Origin: an uncultured delta proteobacterium
GTDB taxonomy: Bacteria; Desulfobacterota; Binatia; HRBIN30; BPIQ01
Assembly: GCA_963761335.1 (NCBI GenBank)
Contig: CAVXGR010000013.1
Location: 256,001 to 320,000, forward strand
Direction: 5' to 3'
DNA: 64,000 nt
Part shown: piece by piece, positions 55,414 through 64,000 of the stretch
Layout: every line of letters begins with the position of its first letter
Position numbering within the stretch: position 1 is the stretch's first letter
Position numbers and translations under genes: made by a program
The notes under the pieces: generated by a model
The model's input: only the letters and a program-made list of their open reading frames with translations
Database searches by the model: none
Told to the model about the DNA's origin: nothing

Positions 55414-56205
55414 ATGGCTCGACTGACGTCGTGGCAGGGAAAGGTGGCTCTGGTCACCGGCGCCTCGAGCGGTATTGGGCGACTGCTCAGCCTGCGCCTG
55501 GCGCGGGCCGGCGCCCGACTCGCCCTGGTGGCGCGCCGCGCCGAGCTACTCGAGCGGCTCGCCCAGGAGATTTCCGGCTTCGCCGAGGCGCCGCTGGTGC
55601 TGCCGTGCGACGTTGCCGAGCGCCCCCATGTCGACAGCGCCGCCGAGCGCGCGCTCGGGCACTTCGGCAAGGTCGATGTCCTCGTCAACAACGCCGGTTA
55701 CGGCCATCACCGCCGCTTCCTCGATTGGGACGTCGCCGACATCGAGCGCATGATGCGCGTCAATTACCTCGGCACGGTGTACTGGACGAAGGCGCTGCTG
55801 CCGCAGATGGTCGAGCGGCGCAGCGGCTGGATCGTCTTCATGGCCTCGGTCGCCGGCAAGATCGGCGTTCCCGACGAGAGTGCCTACGTGGCCTCCAAGT
55901 TCGCGATGGTCGGCCTCGCCGAGGCGCTGTCGCTCGAGGTGGAGAGCGACGGCGTCCATGTCCTCACCGTCTGCCCCGGCGCCATCGACACCGAGTTCTT
56001 CGACGCCGAAGCCCTGGAACGCATGCCGGCGGTGGCGCGCCGTTCGATGATCGAGCCCGAGCGCGTGGTGGACGGCCTGATGCGTGCCCTGGCGCGCGGG
56101 CGGAGCGAGGTCACCATCCCCGGCTCGATCGCCGGCGCCTATCTGGTTCGCGCCGCAGCGCCCGCGTTGATGCGGCGGGGACTCAGGAGAGCTACGCTGA
56201 GATAG
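55414..56205 (+). CDS. SDR family oxidoreductase
   Basis: TGASSGIG, NNAG, YVASK. Confidence 0.92.
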   Translation: MARLTSWQGKVALVTGASSGIGRLLSLRLARAGARLALVARRAELLERLAQEISGFAEAPLVLPCDVAERPHVDSAAERALGHFGKVDVLVNNAGYGHHRRFLDWDVADIERMMRVNYLGTVYWTKALLPQMVERRSGWIVFMASVAGKIGVPDESAYVASKFAMVGLAEALSLEVESDGVHVLTVCPGAIDTEFFDAEALERMPAVARRSMIEPERVVDGLMRALARGRSEVTIPGSIAGAYLVRAAAPALMRRGLRRATLR

Positions 56206-56999
56206 TGACTCGGTGGCTCAGTATCTCAGTGGCTCGGTGGAAGAGTTTTCGGGTTCGCGCCGCGGTGATCGTGCTTCTGGCGGCGTTGACTGCAGTCGGC
56301 TCTGCGGCCAGCGTCGACGACTTGCTGCATCAGGGTGACGCGCAGATCGCGCCGCAGGGAGACTATGTCGAGTCGCTGAAGCGCGCCGCGGCGCTCTACC
56401 AGCAGGCGGCGGAGCTCGACCCAAAGGATCCGCGGCCGCCGCTGCGGCTGGCGCGAACCTACTCCGCGATCGGCGATTGTCTCGAGCGCGGCCCCGACCT
56501 GCCGTGGTACCAGTGGGGCGAGCAGGCGGCGGAGCGCGCCCTGGCTCTCGACGAGCACAGCGCCGAGGCGCACTACTACTACGCTGCCACCCGCGGCAAT
56601 TCCCTCGACCAGCTTCCCTTCTGGAAGGTCTCTCCGTCGATGATCTCCGACATCGAGCACCACCTGCAGCGCGCCATCGATCTCGACCCGAAGCACGCCG
56701 GTGCCCTGCACATGATGGGCATGTTCCTCGACAGCGTTCCGGGGCCGCTGCGCCTGCTGCTCTCGGGCAAGAAGGACCAGGCCGAAGGCTACCTGCTGCG
56801 CGCCGTGGCGGCGGCGCCGCGCTGGTCGCTGCTGCGCTGGGACCTCGCCGAGTTCTACCGCAAGGCGGGCAAGAAGGAGCAGGCGACGCAGCAGCTCCGC
56901 GCCCTCCTGGCGCTCGAGAACCCGAACGATCCCTGGGAGTACGCCCATCGCTTTCGCCCCAAAGCGGAGGCGGCGCTCAAACAGACGGTGGCTCAGTGA
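56205..56999 (+). CDS. Exported TPR-repeat protein
   Basis: Hydrophobic signal region followed by TPR helices (AAELDP, ALALDE, AIDLDP); start uncertain (56205-56265). Confidence 0.7.
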   Translation: MTRWLSISVARWKSFRVRAAVIVLLAALTAVGSAASVDDLLHQGDAQIAPQGDYVESLKRAAALYQQAAELDPKDPRPPLRLARTYSAIGDCLERGPDLPWYQWGEQAAERALALDEHSAEAHYYYAATRGNSLDQLPFWKVSPSMISDIEHHLQRAIDLDPKHAGALHMMGMFLDSVPGPLRLLLSGKKDQAEGYLLRAVAAAPRWSLLRWDLAEFYRKAGKKEQATQQLRALLALENPNDPWEYAHRFRPKAEAALKQTVAQ

Positions 57000-57070
57000 C
57001 TCGGTGGCGCGGTATCTCGGTGACGGGGACGAAACCGAGGCACCGAGACACTGAGCCACCGAGATACCGA
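56986..57070. repeat. Palindromic array of 8-nt repeats C(G/A)GT(GG/GA/AT)CT
   Basis: cggtggct cagtgact cggtggcg cggtatct cggtgacg, then inverted accgaggc accgagac actgagcc accgagat; the same units occur at 56205-56240. Confidence 0.7.
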
Positions 57071-57118
57071 CCCCGTCCCTTGCCTTCCCCCAGCGGCGGG
57101 CATACGCAGTGAAAGCGA

Positions 57119-57970
57119 GTGGACTATCGCGACCAAGTCGTCCTGGTGACCGGCGCCTCGTCGGGCATCGGCTACGCCACCGCGGAAGCCTTCGCGGCGC
57201 GCGGCGCCATCGTCGTCGGCGTAGCGCGGCGCGAAGACCGCCTGCAGCAGCTGATCGAGGTGTGCCGCCGGCACTCGCCGCAGTCGTGGTACATCGCCGG
57301 CGATCTGGGCGACCGATCGGTTGCCGAGGGCGCCGTGGACCAGACGGTCGCCCGGCACGGCCGGCTGGACATCCTGATCAACAACGCCGCCGTCTCCAAG
57401 CACAAGCAGATCTATCACATGTCCGCCGAGGAGGCGGAGTGGGTGATGCGGGTGAACTTCATGTCGAGCGTGTGGACGACGCTCGCGGCGATCTCGTGCA
57501 TGCTGCGCAGCGGCAGTGGCACCATCGTCAACGTCTCCTCGTTCGCCGCCAAGGTGGCGCCGCCAAGGGAGGCGATCTATGCCGCTTCGAAGGCGGCGAT
57601 GAACAGCTTCACCGAGGGCCTGTGGAACGACCTGGCGGGCTCCGGCATCCACGTGGCGCTGATCAACCCCGGTCCGATCGACACGGAGATCTGGCTGAAG
57701 GAAGACGAGCCGGTCGCCTACAACGGCAAGAAGTACCCGCCCGAGGTGGTGACCGCGGCGATCTTCGACGCCATCGACAATCGCCGCCACGAGCTGACCG
57801 TGCCGAGGCGGAACCCGGCGCTGCTGACGGCGCGCTTCCTGCGCCTCTTCGCCCCCGCCCTCTTGCGCTTCGGCATGGCCAGAACCGATCCCGTTCCCGC
57901 CGACGTGGTCGAGAAGGCGCGGCGGCGCGCCCGGCGCGGTCGCCGGCTCGGCGACCTGACAGAGGAGTGA
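57119..57970 (+). CDS. SDR family oxidoreductase
   Basis: TGASSGIG, INNAA, YAASK. Confidence 0.92.
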   Translation: MDYRDQVVLVTGASSGIGYATAEAFAARGAIVVGVARREDRLQQLIEVCRRHSPQSWYIAGDLGDRSVAEGAVDQTVARHGRLDILINNAAVSKHKQIYHMSAEEAEWVMRVNFMSSVWTTLAAISCMLRSGSGTIVNVSSFAAKVAPPREAIYAASKAAMNSFTEGLWNDLAGSGIHVALINPGPIDTEIWLKEDEPVAYNGKKYPPEVVTAAIFDAIDNRRHELTVPRRNPALLTARFLRLFAPALLRFGMARTDPVPADVVEKARRRARRGRRLGDLTEE

Positions 57971-57973
57971 CAC

Positions 57974-58768
57974 GTGCGTCTTCGCTTCGCAGTATTCATA
58001 CCGGTATTGCTTCTCGGCTCTTGCGCCGTCAGTCCCGAGGCGCGCTGGCAGCGACTCACGGCCGCGGGCGAGCAAGCCGCCACCAGCAGAGAGAAGACCG
58101 AAGCCAAGGAGAAGTTTACCGAGGCGCTGAAGCTGGCGGAGAAGCAGTTCGGCCGGAAGGATCTGCGTTACGTCGTCAGTTTGGTGAACCTCGCCGACGC
58201 CGAGGTACAGACGTTCGACTACGGCACGGCCGAGCAGCACTACAAGCGCGCCGAGCGCCTGCTGCTCCCGCAGCCGAACGGCGCCGCCCTCATGATCCGC
58301 ACCCGCGAGCACCTGGCGGAGATATTGAGCAAGCTGGGCCGCGACGACGAGGTGGCGCAGGTGTACATGCGCCTGATGCGGACCGCCGAGCTGAAGGAGG
58401 GACCGAACTCCCCGGAGGTGGCCAAGCGACTGACCGAGATGGCTCAGGTCTACCGATTCCACCGCAACCTGGAGAAGGCGCGCCCGCTCTATGAGCACGC
58501 CCTCAAGATCCTCGAGTCGTCCCCGGACGCCGACCCCGCTCTTCTCGCCACGACCCTGATGCAGCTGGCGTTCATCTACCGCCAAGCCGGTGACTGCGAG
58601 GAGGCAGCGGTGATGTACACCCGGGGAGCGCAGGCCTGGGCCAAGGTGCCGGGGCATGCCGGCAGCGGCGGCAAAGCGCCGAGCGCGGAAGAGTGGCTGA
58701 AGGGATGTAAAGCCGCGAAGCAGGACCAGCGTCTTCCCGGCCACTCACCGCACCGCCGGAAACCCTGA
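57974..58768 (+). CDS. TPR-repeat lipoprotein
   Basis: Lipobox-like LGSC; kinesin-light-chain-type TPR repeats. Confidence 0.75.
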   Translation: MRLRFAVFIPVLLLGSCAVSPEARWQRLTAAGEQAATSREKTEAKEKFTEALKLAEKQFGRKDLRYVVSLVNLADAEVQTFDYGTAEQHYKRAERLLLPQPNGAALMIRTREHLAEILSKLGRDDEVAQVYMRLMRTAELKEGPNSPEVAKRLTEMAQVYRFHRNLEKARPLYEHALKILESSPDADPALLATTLMQLAFIYRQAGDCEEAAVMYTRGAQAWAKVPGHAGSGGKAPSAEEWLKGCKAAKQDQRLPGHSPHRRKP

Positions 58769-58778
58769 GGTGTGCAGC

Positions 58779-60365
58779 ATGCCCCACCGACAGTCGGGCG
58801 GCGGTGGCCGCCTGTTCAGCGGCGGCCGCATCCTGACCATGACGCCGGCCGGAACGCCGGCGGAGACGATCGTGGTGGAGAACGGCCGCATCGCCGCGGT
58901 CGGCGGTCGCGATCTCGCGGCGCGCTATCCCGGCGCCGCCGTCGAAGACCTGCGCGGCCGTACCCTGGTTCCCGGATTCATCGACGCGCACAACCACCTT
59001 TCCATCGCCGCGCTGCATCCCCTATGGGCGGATCTGAGCGACGTCGCCACGCCCGAGGAGGCGCGCCGCCGCCTGGCCGAGCAGGCGGCGCGTGAGCCGC
59101 AGGCGCGCTGGATCCGCGGCGCCAACTGGAACGAGACCACGACGGGGCTGCTGCTCGACCGCGGCGAGCTCGATGCCCTGGGCTTCGACCGGCCGGTGAT
59201 CGTGGCCCACTACACCCTGCACCAGTGCGTGGTCAGCTCCCACGGCCTCGACGAGCTCGGCATCGGCCGCCGCACTCCGGATCCATCCGGCGGCGTCATT
59301 CTGCGCGGTCTCGACGGCGAGGCGACGGGAATGTTGATCGAACGGGCGTGGAGCGAGGTGCAGGCCCGCTCGGTGGCCGCCTACGACGACCCGGATCGCT
59401 GGGCCGAGCTGTTCGCGGCGCGCGCCCGGCAGCTGCTGCGCGACGGCATCACCTGCGTGCACGACGCCGCCTGCGCCCCGGCGGCGGCGGCGGTCTACCG
59501 GCACATGGCCGCCGATGGCCGCCTGCCGATCTCGGTGCTCATGATGCCGCACGGCGCGGCTCTATTGACGGCGCCGCCGCAGGAGTGCCTCGACGGGCCG
59601 CGCACCGGCGACGGGGACGAGCGCCTGCGCGTTGGACCGGTCAAGCTCTTCGCCGACGGCGGCATTGCCCCGGCGATGGACGTCAGCATCGCCGGCCAGC
59701 GCAGCGCCTTCGGGATCGAGTTCACCGACCTCAACGAGCAGGTCGAACGCGTCGTCGCCCACGGCTTCGGCGTCGCCGTGCACGCCATCGGCAACGTCGG
59801 TCTGGAGCGCGTTCTCGCGGCCTTCGCCGCAGTCCAACGGCGGCGGTCTCTCGACTGCCGTTTTCGCGTCGAGCACGCCTGCCTGGCCTCGCGCCCGCAG
59901 ATCCGCCGCATGGCGGAGCTGGGCGCCATCGGCGTCGTGCAGCCCGGGTTCGTGCGCCACGTCGGCCAGGCCGTCGAAGGCGTCCCATTCGACGAGGAGA
60001 TCTGGCTGCCGTTCGCGGATATGGCGGCCGCCGGAATTCCTCTGGCGGCCTCCTCGGACGATCCGTGCTCCTTTCACCAGCCGCTGCTCACCTCGGTGCA
60101 CGGCGCCAACCGCCGCACCGCCTCCGGCCGCGTGCTCGGCCCCGAGCAGGCGCTCGGATACGAGGAATGGCTGCGCGCCTATACCATGGGAGCCGCCTAC
60201 GCCGGCGGCCAGGAGGACGAGCGCGGCAGCCTCACCCCCGGCAAGCGCGCCGACCTCGTCGTCCTCGACGGGGCTCTCGATCCCGAGCATCCGCCCCGCG
60301 TCGCCCAGACATGGGTCGAGGGCGAGCTCGCCTACGACGCCGAGGCGGAGGTCCCCGCGCCGTAG
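58779..60365 (+). CDS. Amidohydrolase family 3 (YtcJ-like)
   Basis: PGFIDAHNH, KLFADG, HAIG, RVEH, SSD, GSLTPGKRADLVVL. Confidence 0.9.
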   Translation: MPHRQSGGGGRLFSGGRILTMTPAGTPAETIVVENGRIAAVGGRDLAARYPGAAVEDLRGRTLVPGFIDAHNHLSIAALHPLWADLSDVATPEEARRRLAEQAAREPQARWIRGANWNETTTGLLLDRGELDALGFDRPVIVAHYTLHQCVVSSHGLDELGIGRRTPDPSGGVILRGLDGEATGMLIERAWSEVQARSVAAYDDPDRWAELFAARARQLLRDGITCVHDAACAPAAAAVYRHMAADGRLPISVLMMPHGAALLTAPPQECLDGPRTGDGDERLRVGPVKLFADGGIAPAMDVSIAGQRSAFGIEFTDLNEQVERVVAHGFGVAVHAIGNVGLERVLAAFAAVQRRRSLDCRFRVEHACLASRPQIRRMAELGAIGVVQPGFVRHVGQAVEGVPFDEEIWLPFADMAAAGIPLAASSDDPCSFHQPLLTSVHGANRRTASGRVLGPEQALGYEEWLRAYTMGAAYAGGQEDERGSLTPGKRADLVVLDGALDPEHPPRVAQTWVEGELAYDAEAEVPAP

Positions 60366-62413
60366 ATACGCGAGTAGGCGCGGTAGTTGGTGAGCACGCG
60401 CTTCACGTAGTCGCGGGTCTCGCGGTAGGTGATACTCTCCACCCACTCGTCAGGCTCGAGGTCGCCGAAGCGGCTGTTCCATTTCTCCACCGCGGTGGTA
60501 CCGCCGTTGTAGGCGGCAAGCGCCCGCAGCAGGTCGCCGTTCCAGCGGTCGAGCTGAGTGCGCAGGTGGTGCACGCCGAGCGGCAGGTTCACCTCCGGGT
60601 CGTACAGGCGAGCGCTCGGGTCGCCGCTCCATCCGAGTGCCGCCGCCTCGTGGCGGGCGGCGGGAAGGGTCATCTGCATCAGGCCGCGGGCGTCGGCGCT
60701 CGAGCGCGCCTCGGGATCGAAGAAGCTCTCCTGGCGGATGACGGACAGGACCAAGAGCGGATCGACGCCGTCGCGCCGCGACTCGGCGGCGATGATCGGC
60801 CACCAGCCGACGGGATACGTCAGGCGCTCGCGCAGCTCGTCGGGGAGATTCGAGGTGCCGATCTGGTGCGCCACTCGCCAGGCGGACGGAAAGGCGTCGG
60901 CATCGAGATAGGCCACGAGAATGAAATAGCGGGCCGTCTGGTCATCCGCCTGCCGCTCGAGGGCGCGCATCTCCAGCCGCGCCAGGTGGGGCAGGTCGGC
61001 CGTGCGCAGCGCCTGATAGCGGATGAGGTGATAGCGGTCGATGCTGGGCGGTGCCGCCGGCAGCGCCGGGGGCGGCGGTGGGGAGATGGCCTGTGGAGCG
61101 CCGCCGTTGATACCCAGGCGTTTCTCGGCGAGTCCGGAATAATAGCTGGTCGGCGACGACTCGATCACCTGGCGGTAGATGCCCTCGGCCACGGCGACGC
61201 GGCCGAGGCGCTCGAGGGCGCGCGCCTGCCAGTAACGCGCGTCAGCGACCTCGGCGCCGGCATCGCTCGCGGCGGCGAGGGTGTCGAAGGAGCTCGCCGC
61301 CTCGGCATAGCGGCGGTTGCGATAATGGATCCAGCCGATGCGCCAGCGGGCATCCCAGGTCTCCTTGGCGCGCGGATACTGCCGCGCCAGCCGCTGGTAG
61401 CTGGCGAGCGCCTCTGCGGCCTGTCCCTGCGACTGCTGGATGCGGCCGGTGGCGTACAGCGCGCCGGCTGCGGACGCGCCGTTCGGGTAACGGAGCAAAT
61501 ACTCCTCGAAAGCCGCTTGCGCCGGCACGTCCTCGTCGCGGTTCCAGAAGAGCACCGCCATCTTGTAGAGTGCCGGCGCCGCCAGCGCGCTCTGGGGATA
61601 GCGGTCGACCAGCGTGCCCAGTGCCGAGGTCGCCGCCGCCGGCGCCCCCTCCGCCTTCAGCGCGTCGGCCAGCAGCATGATCGCCTCGGGGCTGTCGCCC
61701 GCCACCTGTGCCGCGCGCGCCGCCTTCTCGGCGGCGACCGCGTCGCCCTCGGCGAGCAGCAGGCGGCCCTCCTTGAGCCATTCGGCGCCGCGTGGCACCA
61801 GATCCGGGTACGCGGAGCGGAGCGACTGCAGTCCCGCCCGCGCCTCCTTGGCGACGGCACTGCCCGGCTTGGCCTCGCGCAGGGCACTGAACATCCCGGC
61901 GGCCTGCTGTGTCTGTCCCTGCGCGGCGGCGAGGCGCGCCTGCTCCAGGCGCGCCTCCTGTGCCGTGCTCTCGTCGAACGGAGCGTTGATCGCCAGCGTC
62001 AGATAAGGCTGGGCAGCGGCGAAGTCGCCGCGGCCGATGTGGAGCCGGGCAATTTCCAGATCGGCCTTCGGTACCCAGACGCTCGCCGGCTGGGTGGCGC
62101 GCAGGCGCGCCAGGATCTCGATGGCGTCGTCCGTCTCGCCGGTGTGCGCTCGAGACGTGCCGAGATAGTACAGATAGTAGTCCTGGAGCAGCGGGTCGCG
62201 CGCCAGCAGCGCCGCCAGCAGCGGCTCCGCTTCGCCGTAGCGCCCGCTGCGAACGAGCTCGACCGCTTGGTGGAAGCTGCTCGCGTCCGCCTCCTTCAGT
62301 GGCGCCGCCAGCGCCGGCGGTACCGCGACAGTCGGCGGAACCCCCTCTTGCGGCTGCATCCCGGCACATGCGGCCATTCCACAGAGAAACAGAAGCGGCA
62401 GAAGACGACGCAT
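60332..62413 (-). CDS. Soluble lytic transglycosylase with TPR repeats (lipoprotein)
   Basis: MAAC lipobox-like site; TPR repeats; IRQES, ARGLMQ, AAYNGG, ETRDYV. Confidence 0.9.
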   Translation of the reverse strand: MRRLLPLLFLCGMAACAGMQPQEGVPPTVAVPPALAAPLKEADASSFHQAVELVRSGRYGEAEPLLAALLARDPLLQDYYLYYLGTSRAHTGETDDAIEILARLRATQPASVWVPKADLEIARLHIGRGDFAAAQPYLTLAINAPFDESTAQEARLEQARLAAAQGQTQQAAGMFSALREAKPGSAVAKEARAGLQSLRSAYPDLVPRGAEWLKEGRLLLAEGDAVAAEKAARAAQVAGDSPEAIMLLADALKAEGAPAAATSALGTLVDRYPQSALAAPALYKMAVLFWNRDEDVPAQAAFEEYLLRYPNGASAAGALYATGRIQQSQGQAAEALASYQRLARQYPRAKETWDARWRIGWIHYRNRRYAEAASSFDTLAAASDAGAEVADARYWQARALERLGRVAVAEGIYRQVIESSPTSYYSGLAEKRLGINGGAPQAISPPPPPALPAAPPSIDRYHLIRYQALRTADLPHLARLEMRALERQADDQTARYFILVAYLDADAFPSAWRVAHQIGTSNLPDELRERLTYPVGWWPIIAAESRRDGVDPLLVLSVIRQESFFDPEARSSADARGLMQMTLPAARHEAAALGWSGDPSARLYDPEVNLPLGVHHLRTQLDRWNGDLLRALAAYNGGTTAVEKWNSRFGDLEPDEWVESITYRETRDYVKRVLTNYRAYSRIYGAGTSASAS

Positions 62414-62502
62414 TCCCTGCTAGTTAGCATACGAGGCGCGCAGGGGAAGCGGGCCGTACAGGGCCGTTGACAAGGCGGGGGCCCTTCCGCGAGAAGAAGC
62501 CG

Positions 62503-63099
62503 GTGAGCGCCCGTCTGATTCTGGCCTCGGCATCGCCGCGCCGGCGCGAGCTGCTCGAAGAGGCCGGTGCCGCATTCGCGATCGCTCCGGCCGCCATTGC
62601 CGAGATCCCGAGACAGGGCGAGCTGCCCGAGTCATTTGCCCGGCGGCTCGCCGGCGAGAAGTCTGCCGCCGTGGCGGCGCACCACCTCCGCGCCTGGATC
62701 CTGGCGGCGGATACGGTGGTGGCGATCGACGGCGAGATCTTCGGCAAGCCGGCGGATCGCGCCGAGGCGCGCGCCATGCTGCTGCGCCTCTCGGGCCGCG
62801 CCCACCATGTGCACACGGGCGTCGTGCTGCGCGCTCCAGACGGCCGCCGCGCGCTCGACGAGGTCGCCACGACCACCGTCGTCTTCCGCCACCTGAGGGC
62901 CGAGGAGATCCACGCCTACGTCGACTCCGGCGAGGCCGACGACAAGGCGGGTGCGTACGCGATCCAGGGCCGCGCCCGCGCCTTCGCCGTGCGCCTCGAC
63001 GGGTCTTTCACCAACGTCATCGGCCTCCCTCTCGAGCTGGTGGAGCCGGCCTTGCGGCGCGCCGGTCTGCTGCGCCGCGGTGAGGCGGCGCTGCCGTGA
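62503..63099 (+). CDS. maf: Maf-family nucleoside triphosphate pyrophosphatase
   Basis: [38 protein letters not shown]. Confidence 0.93.
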   Translation: MSARLILASASPRRRELLEEAGAAFAIAPAAIAEIPRQGELPESFARRLAGEKSAAVAAHHLRAWILAADTVVAIDGEIFGKPADRAEARAMLLRLSGRAHHVHTGVVLRAPDGRRALDEVATTTVVFRHLRAEEIHAYVDSGEADDKAGAYAIQGRARAFAVRLDGSFTNVIGLPLELVEPALRRAGLLRRGEAALP

Positions 63100-63794
63100 C
63101 CGACGTCGCTGTTGCCATCGCCGACGGCCTGGCGCGCGTGCGCGAGGCCATCGATGCCGCCGCCCGCACCGCCGGCCGCGACCCGCAGAGCATCCGGCTG
63201 GTCGCCGTGGCCAAGACCAAGCCCGCCGAGCTGGTTCGCGCCGCGATCGCCGCCGGCGCCCGCATCATCGGCGAGAACTACGTGCAGGAGGCAAGTGCCA
63301 AGATCGCCGCCGTCGGTCGCCAGGTCTCCTGGCATTTCATCGGGCACCTGCAGCGCAACAAGGCCCGCGAGGCGGCGGGGCTGTTCGAGCTGATCCAGAC
63401 ACTCGACAACCTGCGTCTCGCAGGAGCCCTCGACCGCATCGGCCGCGAGCGGGGCGCCGCGGTGCGCACCCTGGTGGAGGTGAACATCGGCGGCGAGACG
63501 AGCAAGCGCGGCATCGCCCCGCAGGCGCTGGAGCCATTTCTGCAAGGTCTCGCCGCCTTCAGCGGCCTCCGCGTCGAGGGGCTGATGACCATCCCGCCGC
63601 CGGGAACGGCATCGCAAACGCGGCAGTTCTTCCGGCGTCTGCGAGAGTTGCGCGACCAGCTCCGCCGGAGTACGCCGCCCAATGTCGAGCTGCGCGATCT
63701 GTCGATGGGAATGAGCGACGACTACACCGACGCCGTCGCCGAGGGAGCCACCATCGTCCGCGTCGGGCGGGCGATCTTCGGAGAGAGGAGCTGA
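63096..63794 (+). CDS. yggS: PLP homeostasis protein (YggS family)
   Basis: [48 protein letters not shown]. Confidence 0.95.
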   Translation: MTDVAVAIADGLARVREAIDAAARTAGRDPQSIRLVAVAKTKPAELVRAAIAAGARIIGENYVQEASAKIAAVGRQVSWHFIGHLQRNKAREAAGLFELIQTLDNLRLAGALDRIGRERGAAVRTLVEVNIGGETSKRGIAPQALEPFLQGLAAFSGLRVEGLMTIPPPGTASQTRQFFRRLRELRDQLRRSTPPNVELRDLSMGMSDDYTDAVAEGATIVRVGRAIFGERS

Positions 63795-64000
63795 ATGAAA
63801 GCGAGGTCGAGAAAACCCGAAGCGGCTGCCGGCCGTGTCCTTGGCATCATCGGCGCCGGCAGCATGGCGACGGCGCTGGTCCGCGGCTTCGTCGCCGCCG
63901 GTCTCTATTCCCCCGAGCAGATGACCCTGAGCGACAGCGACCCGGCCAAGCGCCGCGCCGCCGGCCGGCTCCTGCGCGTCGGCGCCACGGCGGACAACCG
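63795..64000 (+). CDS. proC: Pyrroline-5-carboxylate reductase (3' end outside window)
   Basis: MKARSRK..VLGIIGAGSMATALVRGF Rossmann start directly after yggS (conserved yggS-proC gene order). Confidence 0.85.
   Translation, partial: MKARSRKPEAAAGRVLGIIGAGSMATALVRGFVAAGLYSPEQMTLSDSDPAKRRAAGRLLRVGATADN

Noticed and set aside
56986..57070. CRISPR array
   Set aside because: The units are 8 nt with no unique spacers, and there are no cas genes
59225..62470. 1081-aa plus-strand ORF and similar long shadow ORFs (2..2545, 2619..4565, 20230..22368, 32860..35139, 36198..39161)
   Set aside because: They overlap motif-bearing genes in other frames and are Arg/Ala/Gly-rich, as expected from stop-codon scarcity at high GC

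Overview
High-GC bacterial chromosomal window with about 52 CDS. I saw no rRNA, tRNA, CRISPR array, transposase or integrase. Cys-rich helical secreted proteins with Pro/Thr linkers, probable F420-dependent enzyme families and a PhlABC-like thiolase module suggest a Candidatus Binatia/deltaproteobacterial lineage; this is inference only. There are three zones. (1) 1-18.6 kb is an envelope lipid/glycan biosynthetic island: three ArnC-like GT2 genes (two head-to-head), a frameshifted polytopic membrane protein, two B12-dependent radical SAM enzymes, a DMFase-beta-like protein, a KS-less FAAL/ACP/crotonase/P450/sterol-desaturase-family operon, and heptose-type nucleotide-sugar genes. (2) 18.6-31.2 kb is a secreted-protein cluster whose last four genes share a Cys-stapled helical N-terminal domain. 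Three of these are paralogs with a beta-helix plus polyglycine head, mounted on Thr-rich stalks of about 40, 145 and 0 residues, each with its own similar promoter. The fourth has Ig-like domains and a probable BPI/LBP-like lipid-binding domain. This array is the best candidate for an undescribed system. (3) 31-64 kb holds metabolic and housekeeping genes (S1P-lyase-like, plsC-like, thiolase module, fhs, TetR-AurF-ECF41, polB, ldcA/mpl recycling, Slt, maf-yggS-proC) with several short intergenic repeat and palindrome elements.
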